Program-made: the position numbers and the translations under genes | Notes under the pieces: generated by a model | Databases searched by the model: none | The model's input: the letters and a program-made list of their open reading frames with translations, nothing else | What the model was told of the DNA's origin: nothing | NCBI GenBank assembly: GCA_951406725.2 | Contig: OX597814.1 | Coordinates: 196,726,001 to 196,790,000, forward strand | Direction: 5' to 3' | Origin: Octopus vulgaris | Lineage: Eukaryota | DNA length: 64,000 bases | Part shown: one piece after another, positions 42,328 through 55,380 of the stretch | Numbering within the stretch: position 1 is the stretch's first letter | How the letters are laid out: the number at the start of each line of letters is the position of its first letter

Positions 42328-42495
42328 TACTACTACTACTACTGAAATAACTTGGATCTTCCACAAGATCAAAAACTTGGTAAACAGATCAAATTCGGGA
42401 TGTACTTAAATTACAGTAATTTAAAGCATATTTTACGAGGAGTGTGTATAATATATACATATACATACATACATACATACACACACACACTCACA

Positions 42496-42560
<65 letters not shown>

Positions 42561-42689
42561 TCCTATTTATACATATATATATGTATATATATATTGTATA
42601 AAGGATCGTGGGTAATGCCAAAATAATGCGAAGTACATGCAAGTTAAATCACAAGAAAACAAATATGTGATTTCATATAGACTTACCTT

Positions 42690-44568
42690 GTATTCAATAT
42701 TTCGGGGGTAATGACCACATTTTCAAGAAATAGACGAATATACTTCTTATATATATATATATTTTATTTGCAGCTTCTTTGCTCTTTTCAGAACTAATTG
42801 TTGCGGAGCAAGGCTTTCACGCGAGAACTTCGGGTTTACTTGTTTGAGGATTTACCTGGCTCTGCAATATATGCATTTGCTTTTATTTTATTTTTTTACA
42901 TTTTAATTTTTTCATCTACTCCAAGTAGGGATATAGCTATACATCTTCTAAATTCTCTGATTTTATTATTTCAACCAGTTGATTCTTTGTAAACAATATA
43001 TGAATTTAAAATTGATAATCCTAACATCTCTGTTCCGAGTTTTCTGTACCATTTGATACGTTTTTCTTAGAATTGTAACATATGAAGCTAACTGGTCTGA
43101 GGTATCTATTCCTACTTTACCTTTATTATAAGCGAATACTATCTCTGGTTTCCTGACAGATCCTGCAATTTGTCTTCTTTTTCTTGGAGGTTCTGAAGAA
43201 GGACCAGGCATGTTTGGAGGTCTGCTAGCTCGTTTATTTTGTATTTCCACCATATTCATACCATGCTAAGTTGATAACATTCTTACATCTCGTTTATCTT
43301 TCAATTTCAAAATGACTATTCCATTGTCATCATCAAGTGCGGACATCTCACTCTTTTTTAATGTGCCATTCAATACTGCGTTTGGATTATTTTTTAATAT
43401 TTTTTCTTACTGTTCCAACAATGTGTGTCGTTTTTGTCAAAGAATGTTTTGGCTAAGTCGTAACGCGTGAGAAAATTATCTACAGAGAGTGTTCTTCCTC
43501 CATTCATCAAATGCTTTTCTAAGTTCTCACAAACATTGTACACCAATCCTTTGTCTTTTTCGCCGGATTTGTTCTGGCCACTATAAACTGATAATTTGAA
43601 TGTATATCCATTTAGAGCACAAAGCTTGAATAGCTTTATTACATATTTATGGTTTTATTACGGAAAAAAATTTGTTTAAATATTAGGCGACCCCTCCACG
43701 CGGCCATTGTTTCGTCAACAATTATTTCCTCTCCTGGAAAGTAGATCGCCATATAAATTTTCTTCAAAGCATCAATCAATGGCTGAATTTTAGCTAGTCT
43801 GTCATCTTTGTCTGCTTGTTCATTATCTGAAAAGTGAAAAGAGTTTAGCAGAAATTGAAACCTGTTTCTAGATAGTGGTTTCCCTTTCGCGGTTATTGGG
43901 GTTATAAATAACAGATCCGTAAAGTATACTAGCCATCTCAATATGGCTAACCACTAAGGGTGGGTGTTACTGTAGCTTTTAGCCCCAGGAGATCATCGTC
44001 TCCAGCTGGCTTTAGACACACTTTCCTGGGGCTAAAAGCTACAGTAACACCCACCCTTAGTGGTTAGCCATATTGCGATGGCTAGTATACTTTACGTTGT
44101 CGTGCAGTTACTGTTTACATCTCATTCAGAGATTTATTATTGCTTAAATAACAGATCATTTGTCCAGCATTCAGGCATAGCACCTTTATTCAACCCGATC
44201 CATAGTAGTAAACCTAGCAATACCGTCATTTTTTGTGCAGTTGTATTTACCCATCTATTTATTCTGGACTTGGGTTTTATCGGTCTTTTAGCGTTTGGTT
44301 GACTTCTTCTTATCTTTTCTTGAGCAGCAAATAGGTTAGTTTGTTCAACAGCCATATCAAGCATTTTATCATTTACAAATAAATTGAAAACCTCTATCTG
44401 TGTGATATCAGGTTGCAGAGGTATTTGAATACCATTCTTCCTATAAATGGAAATGCTTTTTGTCTATTATTAAATTAAGTCCAATTTGGCATTGTTTCTA
44501 AAGCACTTACGTCTAAAGCACTTACGTCGTCGTCTTCTTCTTCTTCTTCTTCTTCTTCTTCTTCTTCT

Positions 44569-44607
<39 letters not shown>

Positions 44608-44695
44608 TCTTCTTCTCCTTCTTCCTCTTCCTCTTCTTCCTCTCCTTCTCCTTCTTCTTCTCCTTCCTCTTCCTCTTCTTCTTCTTCTTCCTCTC

Positions 44696-44726
<31 letters not shown>

Positions 44727-44830
44727 GGCATCATCCATAAACTTCAGTTCTTGTACAGAATTACCACTGTCTTCAACATAAGGATAATCTTCACTTCCAG
44801 ATTCTTCGGAATTTTCCCTCAAACTTTTGC
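42690..44830 (-). pseudogene. piggyBac-family transposase, frameshifted
   Basis: LSRNRFQFLLNSFHFSD, RLAKIQPLID, IIVDETMAAWRGR, TLSVDNF, YNKGKVGIDTSDQ catalytic-triad motifs; acidic N-terminus. TIRs/TTAA not located. Confidence 0.9.
43918..44144. mobile_element. 227-bp fold-back insertion in piggyBac with 13-bp target-site duplication
   Basis: TAAATAACAGATC at 43905-43917 and 44145-44157; arms 43918-43990 and 44024-44096. Confidence 0.9.
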
Positions 44831-45070
44831 TAATTTTTGAAGAAGTTAAATAAAATTTTTCCGTTCATTTCTTGTTCTTTCTAAATTGTATTTTATTATT
44901 GTTATAACAAAATAATCTGCAAAACAAGAATAGAAACAAATAAAATAAGCATATTCGTATATACTGATGATTATTTATTTGACGTTTTTACACAGGGAGG
45001 AGTGTGTATACAATATGTGTATAAATGGCACACATGTAAGAATTTTTACCAATTTCTACTATCATCAATA

Positions 45071-45459
45071 TCTATAACGCTGTAATGCGAAAAAGTTGTT
45101 TGATTTCTTGGTTATTTGTCTCATTTGGGGATGGAAATGGTGTAAGGGGCAGTAGATGGAGTCGGATTGGCGCCAAGATTTACTCTGGGGGTAAAATGGG
45201 GCGGGCAATGGTGTGAGGAGGGTTGCAAGTCGCTCGGGTCTACCGTTTGGTTGCCATGGTGAGGAATATGGGAAAATTGAGTTTTAAAGAATATAAAGAC
45301 GAAGAGAAATAAAAAAATAAGAAAAAAGAAAAAAGAAAAAGAAAAGGGCAATAAAAAGAACCAGGCAAAGACGACGAACAAAAAAAGGTAAAAGGAGACA
45401 ACACACACAAAACAACACCACTACCAAAACCTGAGCGAAGCACGGGTCAAAATAGCTAG
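45071..45459 (+). mobile_element. Non-autonomous Helitron
   Basis: A|TCTATAA start; hairpin CCTGAGCGAAGCACGGG; CTAG|T end. Confidence 0.7.
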
Positions 45460-45923
45460 TCCAAATATTAAAACTGACATACTAAGCATTTGGAAAAAAA
45501 CCACGTCTGGCACATGGGACCGATTTACACATTTGCCATTGGCACTCAACATGTTAAGCGGTGGAGGTATCATTATCAAATACGTCAGATTAAGCTTAAA
45601 TAGAATAAAGGAAAATGTAAAGAAGCGTGTAGAATTTGGAGAGAGAAAAATTAAAAACAACTGAAGATATGAAATATAACAAGTGAGAAAAGAGAAAGAT
45701 GGAGCTATAAAGTGAAAACATGTGGGTACGAAGAGCGAGGGATAAAGAGAGGGGAATAAATTAAGATCGAATGAAGTAGTGAAGGTAATCGGAAAGTATA
45801 ATATATGAATGCTAGTAGGAGAAATTAAAAGCACAGGAATGATATGAAATAAGAACAGCAAGGAAGAAAAGGAGAAATGGGTAAAGTATATAGGGAAGCG
45901 TGAAGATAAAAGCGAGAGAAAGA

Positions 45924-45961
<38 letters not shown>

Positions 45962-45973
<12 letters not shown>

Positions 45974-46293
45974 TTCGAGACAAAACCACTATTTTGCAAA
46001 ACAAACAAGGAAAGACTTAATCAATACATAAAAAAATTTTAATATAAAGAAATAAACCGCCACTACAATCGTTTCATGTCTTCAATGACATTCGTCAGGT
46101 GGATTTTCGATCTCTAATCTGTTTTAATTTATGACTTCATAAATTAAAACAGATTAGAGATCATGTCATTGAAGACATGAAATGATTGTAGTGGCGGTTT
46201 ATTTCTTTATATCAAACATTTTTTATGTATTGATTAAGTCTTTCCTTGTTTGTTTTGCAAAATAGTGGTTTTGTCTCGAATTAATATTATATA
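45962..46293. mobile_element. Fold-back element, ~150-bp arms, between (TA)n tracts
   Basis: AATATTAATTCGAGACAAAACCAC... mirrors ...GTGGTTTTGTCTCGAATTAATATT; centre TTATGA-CT-TCATAA. Confidence 0.9.
46060..46102 (-). ncRNA. Canonical minimal type-I hammerhead ribozyme
   Basis: CCAC-CTGACGA-ATGTC-ATTGAA-GACAT-GAAA-C-GATT-G-TA-GTGG: full core, all three stems, GUA triplet. Confidence 0.85.
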
Positions 46294-46371
46294 ATATTTT
46301 ACTATAAAATTGGATTTAATCCTAAATCTGATTTTTTCCCTGTAAATTTGGATTTATTCCCTAATATTTAT

Positions 46372-46430
<59 letters not shown>

Positions 46431-46447
46431 CATATATATATATATAT

Positions 46448-46630
46448 GGGGAGAATTCCTACACAAAAAAAAAACGAAGACAGGTGGTGTAGACAACAAA
46501 CATATATTGGCTTAACGCTCGGGAAGTGGAAATTTTTTTAACGTTTCGAGCCTACGCTCTTCCGCAGAAAGGAACACAGAAAGAAAAGGAGAGAAACTAA
46601 AGAATGTGTAGTGGCTAACGATCTATCATG
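46448..46630 (-). mobile_element. Putative PLE terminal-repeat remnant with hammerhead-like motif at 46536-46571
   Basis: Minus TTT-CTGCGGA-a-GAGC-GTAG-GCTC-GAAA-CG-TT-AAA. Confidence 0.65.
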
Positions 46631-46633
46631 TTG

Positions 46634-46678
<45 letters not shown>

Positions 46679-47052
46679 GTATATATATATATACATACAT
46701 ACATACATATATATTTATATATATTTATATTTATATATATCTATATAAGGATAAGGTCGTTATTTAAATTAAAGGCAAAGCATTTCTTATGCAGAGTCAG
46801 AAATCCGGGATCTGGAATTATCCAGTAAGTTTTTTGCTAGATTACTTTCTCTCCTGATACTGTATGAACTGTTAATGCGATTCCAGAGTCAAGTTTTGGC
46901 TGCTGTTTCTAGCATGGTGGGGTCTCTTAGATACCCTGAATTATAATTTTAATTATTAATTATTACCTTTGAGGTTTTTATTCCCATGCTAGCCACGTGA
47001 TAAGATCGATATTTTAAATAACGATTTCAACCTTATATATATATACATAGAT

Positions 47053-47096
<44 letters not shown>

Positions 47097-47143
47097 ATAG
47101 ATAGATAGATAGATACATACATAGATAGATAGATAGATGGATG

Positions 47144-47207
<64 letters not shown>

Positions 47208-47675
47208 TACATACATACATATATATATAGAGAGAGAGAGGGGGAAGGAGGAAGAGTGGGAGGGAGGGAGAGAGAGGTTGATAGGAAGTGAGAGATCGAA
47301 TATTGAGAAAATGTATATTAAATGAGCTTGAAAAAAGTATGAAACAAGAAAAACTAGTGAGTCAAGTATCAGTCCTACTTAAAATAGGATTTCGTTAATG
47401 TCAACATCTCAAGTACTGTTGATGGTGTGCGGTCGGTTAGCGGTTCGGTTACATTAATTTGCAAACAGTAAGTGTGAAACGATAAGGTATGTCGCATTTT
47501 TTAAAAGAGTAAATACGGTACAGCTTATTTGAAAGTGAATTCAGCCATATGCAAACGTGTGTATGGAGGAGGATCGTTCGGAGCTCGACACCCTATTCTG
47601 TATTGATTTACTGCTACTGACATTTCACCAAACTAATTTTCGTTCATGATTTAGAACATTAAAATTCAAATAGTC

Positions 47676-47884
47676 AATAATAATAATAATAATAATAATA
47701 ACAACAACAGCAACAAAAATAACAGCAATAACAACAACATCAATAACAATAATAATAATAATAATAATAATGATAATAATAATAATAATAATGATGATGA
47801 TGATGATGATGATAACAACAACAACAACCATAATATAATAATAATAATGATGATGATAATAACAAAAACAACAACAACAACAAC

Positions 47885-47936
<52 letters not shown>

Positions 47937-48185
47937 GACGATGACGATGAGGAAGATTCCGATGATGATGATGATGATGTTGAAGATGATGATGATGATG
48001 ATGATGGTGATGATGATGGTGATGATGTTGGTGATGATGATGGTGATGATCATGATGATGAAAATAGTAACAACTCGTATACCATCACCACCACCACCAC
48101 CACCACCACCACCAAGAACAACAACAACAATAACAATAGCAACAACAACAAAAATAACAACGACAACAACAACAACAACAACAAC

Positions 48186-48223
<38 letters not shown>

Positions 48224-48300
48224 CAACAACACCAACAACAACAACAACAATAATTTAATAACAGTAATAAGAACAACATCAATAATAATAACTGTGGCGA
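47676..48300. repeat. Compound trinucleotide microsatellite (AAT/AAC/GAT/CAC)
   Basis: Direct reading. Confidence 0.9.
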
Positions 48301-49287
48301 TGGTGATAAATAACTATACAGCGAGGCAGTAAATAAAATTAGCAAAAAAACAAAAAAACTAAGAAGCAAAACGAAAAACAATAATTATTACTGGCAGCGC
48401 ATGATTAAAAAATGTGAGGAGGAAATTGATTATGGCCTTGTAACTACAGCAACAACAACATGAACATCGATATCTATGACAGCGACAATAGAAACAGCTC
48501 TTATAAGACCAACAAATGTAATAAAAATAAGTGTAAAAGCAGTAGTAATAACAAGTCTCAGTAAGAGACATTGGTGAAGTGACTGCCATGGCGTGTTAGA
48601 TGTAAGACCCTAATCTCAGTCAAAGTTAGTCTTTATGCTTTACTCGTTTCAGTCATTTGGTTGAAGGTGGAGGGTAATGCCTTGAAAAGGAAGAGTGGGA
48701 CAAATTGCCCTCTGGCATTTTGCTTAACAAAATAATCATATTTAGAGTTTATCCTATTTTCTCTTTTAGCGAACCGTTAAGATAGGGGGAAACTAAACTA
48801 ACCAACACAGGTTCCCAAAAAATACACACATTCACATACATACATACATACATACATACATACATACATACATACATACATACATACATACATACATGCA
48901 TGCATGCACGCATACATACATACATACATATATGCATGCATACATACATACATACATGCATGCATACATACATACATACATACATACATACATACATGCA
49001 TGCATACATACATACATACATACATACATACATACATACATACATACATACATGCATACATGCATACACACATACATACATATATACATGCATACATACA
49101 TACATGCATGCATGCATGCACGCATACTTACATACATACATACATACATGCATACACACATACATACATACATACATACATACATACATGCAGACACACA
49201 TGCATGCATGCATACATACATACATACATACATACATACATACATACATACATACATACATACATACATACATACACACATACATAC

Positions 49288-49610
49288 ATGATGGTTGCCC
49301 CCTCGTTATCGAGTATGGCCACTGCACGAAGCTTAACTGTTATTGGTGCTGTGATCGAATGTGACTTTTTAGCCCAGCTAAAGATCTACAATGTCTTGTA
49401 CAGAATTGGCAACTAAAACCTTTACCGGTAATAGCCGGCTGTAGTTGTAACTGGGCTTCATGTCGTTTAAGTCCTCCTGCCGAATTACACTCTCTTCCAC
49501 ATGCCCGACAGATATGATTAGTATGGTGTGTAACACCACCACCAGTGGCCAGGTTGTCATTCATCTGTCTCGCTTTATGATTACGAAGATGACTCTTGAG
49601 TCCAGCTTTA
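49288..49610 (-). pseudogene. LINE 3' end (RTE-like) with C2H2 zinc fingers and (TATG)n tail
   Basis: CRACGRECNSAGGLKRH and CQFCTRHCRSLAGLKSHIRSQH, stop, short UTR CGAGGGGCAACCATC, then the tetranucleotide array 48834-49288. Confidence 0.7.
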
Positions 49611-50091
49611 CACACATGCATACATACATACATACATACATGTTTACATGTATACATACATATATACATACATACATACATACATACAAGGACTAGAACA
49701 GGTAATGCATGGACTACATTTGTTTCATAGTAAAGTGAAACTTGTTACATAAGTTGTAACAAACACAAAGGCAGCGTAGCAGCTAAGCTAATCTTCAGGT
49801 GCTTGTTACCTGAAAGATGTTTACATTGGCAGTCAGATTGATCAGTCTAAACTAGAAAAAGAGAAAACAAAATCAATATTAGATGACCAATGAAAATATG
49901 AATTAGCGGGAAGGTCCCTCCAAATGCAAAATATGGTGGTTGTGGCCAAATATAGAGGGAAAATGGGGGTGGTTTGGATTTACAATAAAGATCCTGTTTT
50001 ATTGTATATTGTTCACATTTTGTCATCTGTATTATCCTCATTAACTATGTATCTGGCTCAGAGATTTATTATTGATTATACACACACACAC

Positions 50092-50151
<60 letters not shown>

Positions 50152-51028
50152 TCAGTATATACGCGTGTGTATGTGTTTATGTTTTTCAGTTTTCATCGCT
50201 CGACAATAGATGTTGGATTCCTTATGTTCTCGTAAATTCCAGTTCAGCAAAAACGACTGACAATATAATTTACACTTAAATAAAAACGAAATGCATAAAT
50301 AAACCGTGGGGAATATCCGCTTAAGTAAAACCGTTCAAGGTGGTGCTCCAGCATGGGCGCAGTCCAATGGTTTCAAGAAAGAGTAGGCTAAATGAAAAAT
50401 ATCAACACCAGCAACAAGATTGTCAACAATAATGAGTCAAGTGGAGAAAATTATTGTGGCAGCTCGATCTGCTAAAAAGAGCAGCGAAAATTCACACCCA
50501 AATTAAACCTCACCATTTTAAAATGAGGGACAGGTTGAATAATGTCCACCGAGACATGATTTTTAACAAGCCATGGCCGTGATTCTCGCTTTAATACAAA
50601 TGATATCCGTTTGACTCAACCAGAGTTGGCCTGGTGCTAAACAACAACAGGATCTAGAAGCGGGGAGTGTACTTGAATAGTATGAAAGGAACCAGCACAC
50701 ATCGCTTCGATTTCTGCCTGACTCAAATAGTTTATATGTTCGTTGCGAAACCCCTGTAGGTACACATGAAAAGACTGCACTGTTTGTTTCCGCTTCTTTT
50801 ATACACATCTAAGACAATCTATGACAATGATGAGTCAACAAGGAAGGAAGCCTGTACGTGATCACAAGACCTGCTGGAAAAAGCAAGCAAATTTCTCTTA
50901 AATCGCACAGGGCTGTCTTACAAAAGAGAGATCACACGAACTAATGTTGTTCCTGATCTACGCAAACTCTTTGATCATTAATTGATTAGTGGTGAAGTGA
51001 GGTGGTGGCGATTGCGGTGTTGGTGCTC

Positions 51029-51068
<40 letters not shown>

Positions 51069-51517
51069 GCTGTTGTTGTTGTTGTTGGTGTTGGTGTTGG
51101 TGTTGTTGGTGTTGGTGTTGTTGTTGTTGTTGTTGTTGTTGTTGGTTTTGGTGGTGGTGGTGAACAAAAATCATCAACAGCAATGGCTGCTACAACAACG
51201 AGAATTATTATTACAACAACAACAACGACATTAAGAACAAGATTAACAAGACAAATAGGCAAACAATGGTAGAGAGTAATAAAATAAACAACAGCGTGAA
51301 TAACAAGAAGAATAACACCAAAAAACATAAGCCAATCAAGCTCAGCGACAGCAGTAACGATGTTGCATACAATAGCACTAACAGTGACATAAACAGCAAC
51401 AACAACATGAATAATAGTAACAACAGCAACAAAATAGAAAAAGGCTGAAAGCATTTATGAGACAACCACGAAGATGTGAAACTGTGAGTGTGATACTGTA
51501 ATAGCGAAACATTACTG

Positions 51518-51982
51518 TTCCTTCTCGAGCCACGCCTGGTTCATAAGGGCCGGTTTCCCGGTTTCATTGGCGTATAGGTTCCCCACCTGCGACGGGCCAT
51601 TACCTATTTCTTTATTACCCACAAGGGGCTAAACACAGAGGGGACAAACAAGGACAGACATAGGTATTAAGTCGATTACATCGACCCCAGTGTGTAACTG
51701 GTACTTAATTTATCGACCCCGAAAGGACGAAAGGCAAAGTCGACCTCGGCTGAATTTGAACTCACAACGTAACGCAGACGAAATACCGCTAAGCATTTCG
51801 CCCGGCGTGCTAACGTTTCTGCCAGCTCGCCGCCTTAGAAGTTGGCCATTACCTTCTGCTGGAGCAGCGTGGAGCTTAAGTGTTTCTCTCATAAACATAC
51901 TCATCACCCGGGCTGAGATTCGAACCTGAGATCCCCCGACCGCTAGTCCGGTGCTCTAACCACTAGGCCATGTACCTCCATT
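51518..51982 (-). mobile_element. tRNA-headed SINE with 12-bp TSD hosting a nested family B SINE
   Basis: GAAACATTACTG at 51506-51517 and 51983-51994; head TGGCCTAGTGG...GGTTCGAATC. Confidence 0.85.
51606..51843 (-). mobile_element. SINE family B monomer, nested
   Basis: GGCCATTACCT duplicated at 51595-51605 and 51844-51854. Confidence 0.85.
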
Positions 51983-52044
51983 GAAACATTACTGACGACA
52001 TTTGTAAGACTGTAATACACAGTTAATTCCAGGAGCCTATACTT

Positions 52045-52312
52045 GTTCAGATTAGGCGAAGGAAATGGAGATGGATCGGGGACACACTGCGGAAAGAACC
52101 CTCAAATGTGACACGACAAGCACTTGACTGGAACTCGCAGGGGAACAAGAACCGAGGACGCCCGAAGCAGACATGGAAGCGGAGCGTTTTGGACGAGCTC
52201 AGGACCACCAGCCTGACATGGGAAACAGCCAAGAAACATGCCAATGACCGCAAAAATAGGGAAACAAATGTTGAGGCCCTTATGCTCCACAAGAGGTAAA
52301 AAGGATTAAGAA
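52045..52312 (+). pseudogene. RTE-clade LINE 3' end
   Basis: IRRRKWRWIGDTLRK...RQALDWN.QG...RGRPKQTWKR...W..A...A.DR. Confidence 0.85.
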
Positions 52313-52354
52313 GAACCTAACAAGAATTCACAGTTAAACGACATTATCGATATT

Positions 52355-52517
52355 GGTTTCAACTTCTGGCAAGTGGTACTTATTTTTTCGATCCCGAAGC
52401 GATGAAAGGCAAGGTCGTCCTTGACGGGATTTGAACTCAGAATATAAAGATGGACGAAATACCGCAGGGCGTTTCGCCCAGTGTGCTATGCTAACGATTC
52501 TGTCACTCCAACACCTT
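52355..52517 (-). mobile_element. SINE family B, diverged
   Basis: GATGAAAGGCAAGGTCG...ATTTGAACTCAG. Confidence 0.65.
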
Positions 52518-52591
52518 AAACAACGTTATCAATAATTGAGACGGGTGACGGTTTGGGAAACCTAGGTGCTGTAAGCGTCACTCACTAATAT

Positions 52592-52753
52592 GCGCAGGAG
52601 TGGCTGTGTGGTAAGTAGCTTGCTTACCCACCACATGGTTCCGGGTTCAGTCCCACTGCGTGGCACCTTAGGCAAGTGTCTTCTACTATAGCTTCGAGTC
52701 AACCAAAGCCTTGTGAGTGGATTTGGTAGACGGAAACTGAAAGAAGCCCGTCG

Positions 52754-52833
<80 letters not shown>

Positions 52834-53046
52834 TGTGTGTGTGTTTGTGTGTCTGTTTTTCCCCCAAACATCGCTTGACAACCGATGTTGATGTGTTTAT
52901 GTGCCCGTAACTTAGCGGTTCGGCAAAAGAGACCGATAGGATAAGTACTAGGCTTAAAAAGAAGAAGTCCTGGGGTCGATTTGCTCGACTAAAGGCGGTG
53001 CTCCGGCATGGCCGCAGTCAAATGACGGAATCAACTAAGAGAGTAA
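52592..53046 (+). mobile_element. SINE family A, full length
   Basis: Match to other copies. Confidence 0.9.
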
Positions 53047-53082
53047 TTCAGTTCTGCATTTATGAGATGAGGAACTAAGTAC

Positions 53083-53240
53083 ATTGTTTACATTATTTAC
53101 ATTTGACGGATATACGTCCTCATCTTTGTTGTTAACACACCGTTTCGGCTGATTTACTTTTCAGCCTTCATCAGGTGTATTGGGGAAATTTCGAACCTGG
53201 GGATTCATTCCTAAGGTATATGGCGTAGTGGTTAAGTGAT

Positions 53241-53315
<75 letters not shown>

Positions 53316-53506
53316 TAATAATGATAATAATAATGATAACAACAACAAAAACAACAACATAGAAAAATACCATAAATATGTGAACACAGGTTTGAAATTT
53401 CCCCAAGACACCTGAAGAAGGCTGGAGGGTATATCAGCCGAAACGTTGTGTTAATAACAAACAAGATGAGGACAAATATCCGTCAAATGTAAATAATGTA
53501 AATAAT
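53083..53506. mobile_element. Inverted pair of hammerhead-bearing repeats flanking (AAT)n
   Basis: Plus 53407-53452 GACAC-CTGAAGA-a-GGCTG...CAGCC-GAAA-CG-TT-GTGTT; minus 53134-53179 CTGATGA copy. Confidence 0.85.
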
Positions 53507-53789
53507 AAAAGAATTAGAGTAAAACGCAGACTTACAACACTGAAAAGAATTATCTTTCACTTGTTTCATTCATTGGATAGCGGCCATTCTAGGGCACAGC
53601 CTTCAGGAATTTTAGTCGAATGAATCAACACCAGCACTTCCTTTTCTTTAAGCTAGGTATTTTTTTATCGTTTGCTTTTGTCGGACTGCTAAGTTATTGC
53701 GAGAGTGTCGCTCAGTAGTGAAGGAGCTGGACAAACACAGACTCAAAGACGCACGTTCACACACACAAACACGCACGCACACACGCAGA

Positions 53790-53918
53790 CACACACATAT
53801 ACATAAACATGTATATATATTCTACACACATATACATAAACATGTATATATATTCTACACACATATACATAAACATGTATATATATTCTACACACATATA
53901 CATAAACATGTATATATA
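53790..53918. repeat. 33-bp tandem repeat x4
   Basis: ACACATATACATAAACATGTATATATATTCTAC. Confidence 0.9.
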
Positions 53919-53926
53919 TATTCTAT

Positions 53927-54157
53927 GGAGGCGAGCTGGCAGAAACGTTAGCACGCCGGGCGAAATGCGTAGCCGTAATTCGTCTGTCGTTACGTTCCGA
54001 GTTCAAATTCCGCCGAGGTCGACTTTGCCTTTCATCCTTTCGGGATCGATAAATTAAGTACCAGTTACGCACTGGGGTTGATGTAATCGACTTAATTCCT
54101 TTGTCTGTCCTTGTTTGTCCCCTCTGTGTTTAGTCCCTTGTGGGGTAGTAAAGAAAT
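53927..54157 (+). mobile_element. SINE family B monomer
   Basis: Match to 30673-30907. Confidence 0.9.
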
Positions 54158-54944
54158 ATATATTTTACACCGTCCTTACGAATCTTTGGTTTCATGACAA
54201 ACTTTCGTCGAAAACTAACTCTAAAAGCATTGTCTTCATTGGTTCCTTTGCATTTCAAGAAATATAGGAATTGTTTTTCTCTTTTCTCAAATTAGCATAT
54301 GCACGTGACTCAAAACTAGATATTATTTATGCATTTTCTATTTAATATTTCTGTTTTATGTCTAGACGGATTGTTTCTGCATATTGCGAGAAACCATTAA
54401 AAGGCAACAGATGGTGAAATCATTTATATTATATTCACGAATTATATTCAAATAATACAGTTTTGTCCTTGTAAACAGAGTGAGTATGCAGCAGCTTATA
54501 CTACTTAGCTCAGTTTTTCTATTTTCGTTACACTTTCAACAAAAGAATAACCATCTTCCAGCCACGAAGTGATTACCTGCTTATAGTTATATATATATTA
54601 AACACGATCATTGAAACACAGAGAAATTGCTTTATCTATTTTGTGTTGCTGAGACCGAACCGACAGCCTAGATTAATTTTATGCTGCTCACTTTGGTTGT
54701 TGGTCCTTTATGCCTAGCCTGTTTTGAACAACTAGACATCGGTTTAACTGGAACGAAACAATGCTGTTATTAATAAGAAGTGTACGAAGAAGAACAGTAG
54801 AAAAGACTGTGACTTTTGATAAACAAATTTTTATTCTTTTTGTGCACAAAAACAAAAACAAACACTGTAGTTCGTACAAACAGCAGAATATCGTGAGGGA
54901 ATATTATTGTTCTTGGTGTAATTGTCATAGTAGTGAAACACCAT

Positions 54945-55380
54945 ATGGCTCAGTGGTTTGAGCATCGGTCTCAAAAATATGAGGTAGTGTGTTCGATTCC
55001 TGGACCGGTATCTGTGTTGTGTTCTTCAGTATGGCATTTTATTTCACATTGCTCCAGTTTAATCAGCTGTAGAAATGAGTTGCGACGTCACTAATGCCAA
55101 CCTGTATCGGCCCCTTTGCATTTCTCCTGGGCAACATCGGTGACGTAGAGAGAGGAGGCTGGTATGCATAGGTGACTGCTGATCTTCCATAAAAATAATG
55201 TTGCTCGGGAATGCAATGTCCGAACGAAAAATTCTGTTACATATTTTACAAATATATTTTTAAAATGTCCGCCGGAGAAGTTATTAAGAAAAGATCGTGA
55301 ACTATAAACTACAAAATTATTCGTGCTCTTTCATACTAGGTGCAATCCCATGGTCATTCATGACCGAAGGAGGTCTTTGT
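54945..55380 (+). mobile_element. tRNA-headed SINE interrupted by a 140-bp duplicated segment
   Basis: A box TGGCTCAGTGG, B box GTTCGATTCC; 55202-55341 duplicated at 56146-56285. 3' boundary inferred. Confidence 0.65.

Noticed and set aside
47847-48332. Poly-D/N/T ORF
   Set aside because: Compound trinucleotide microsatellite without splice or domain evidence.
49340-49681. Host C2H2 zinc-finger gene exon
   Set aside because: Short UTR then simple-repeat tail and no TGEKP linkers; better explained as a LINE C-terminus.
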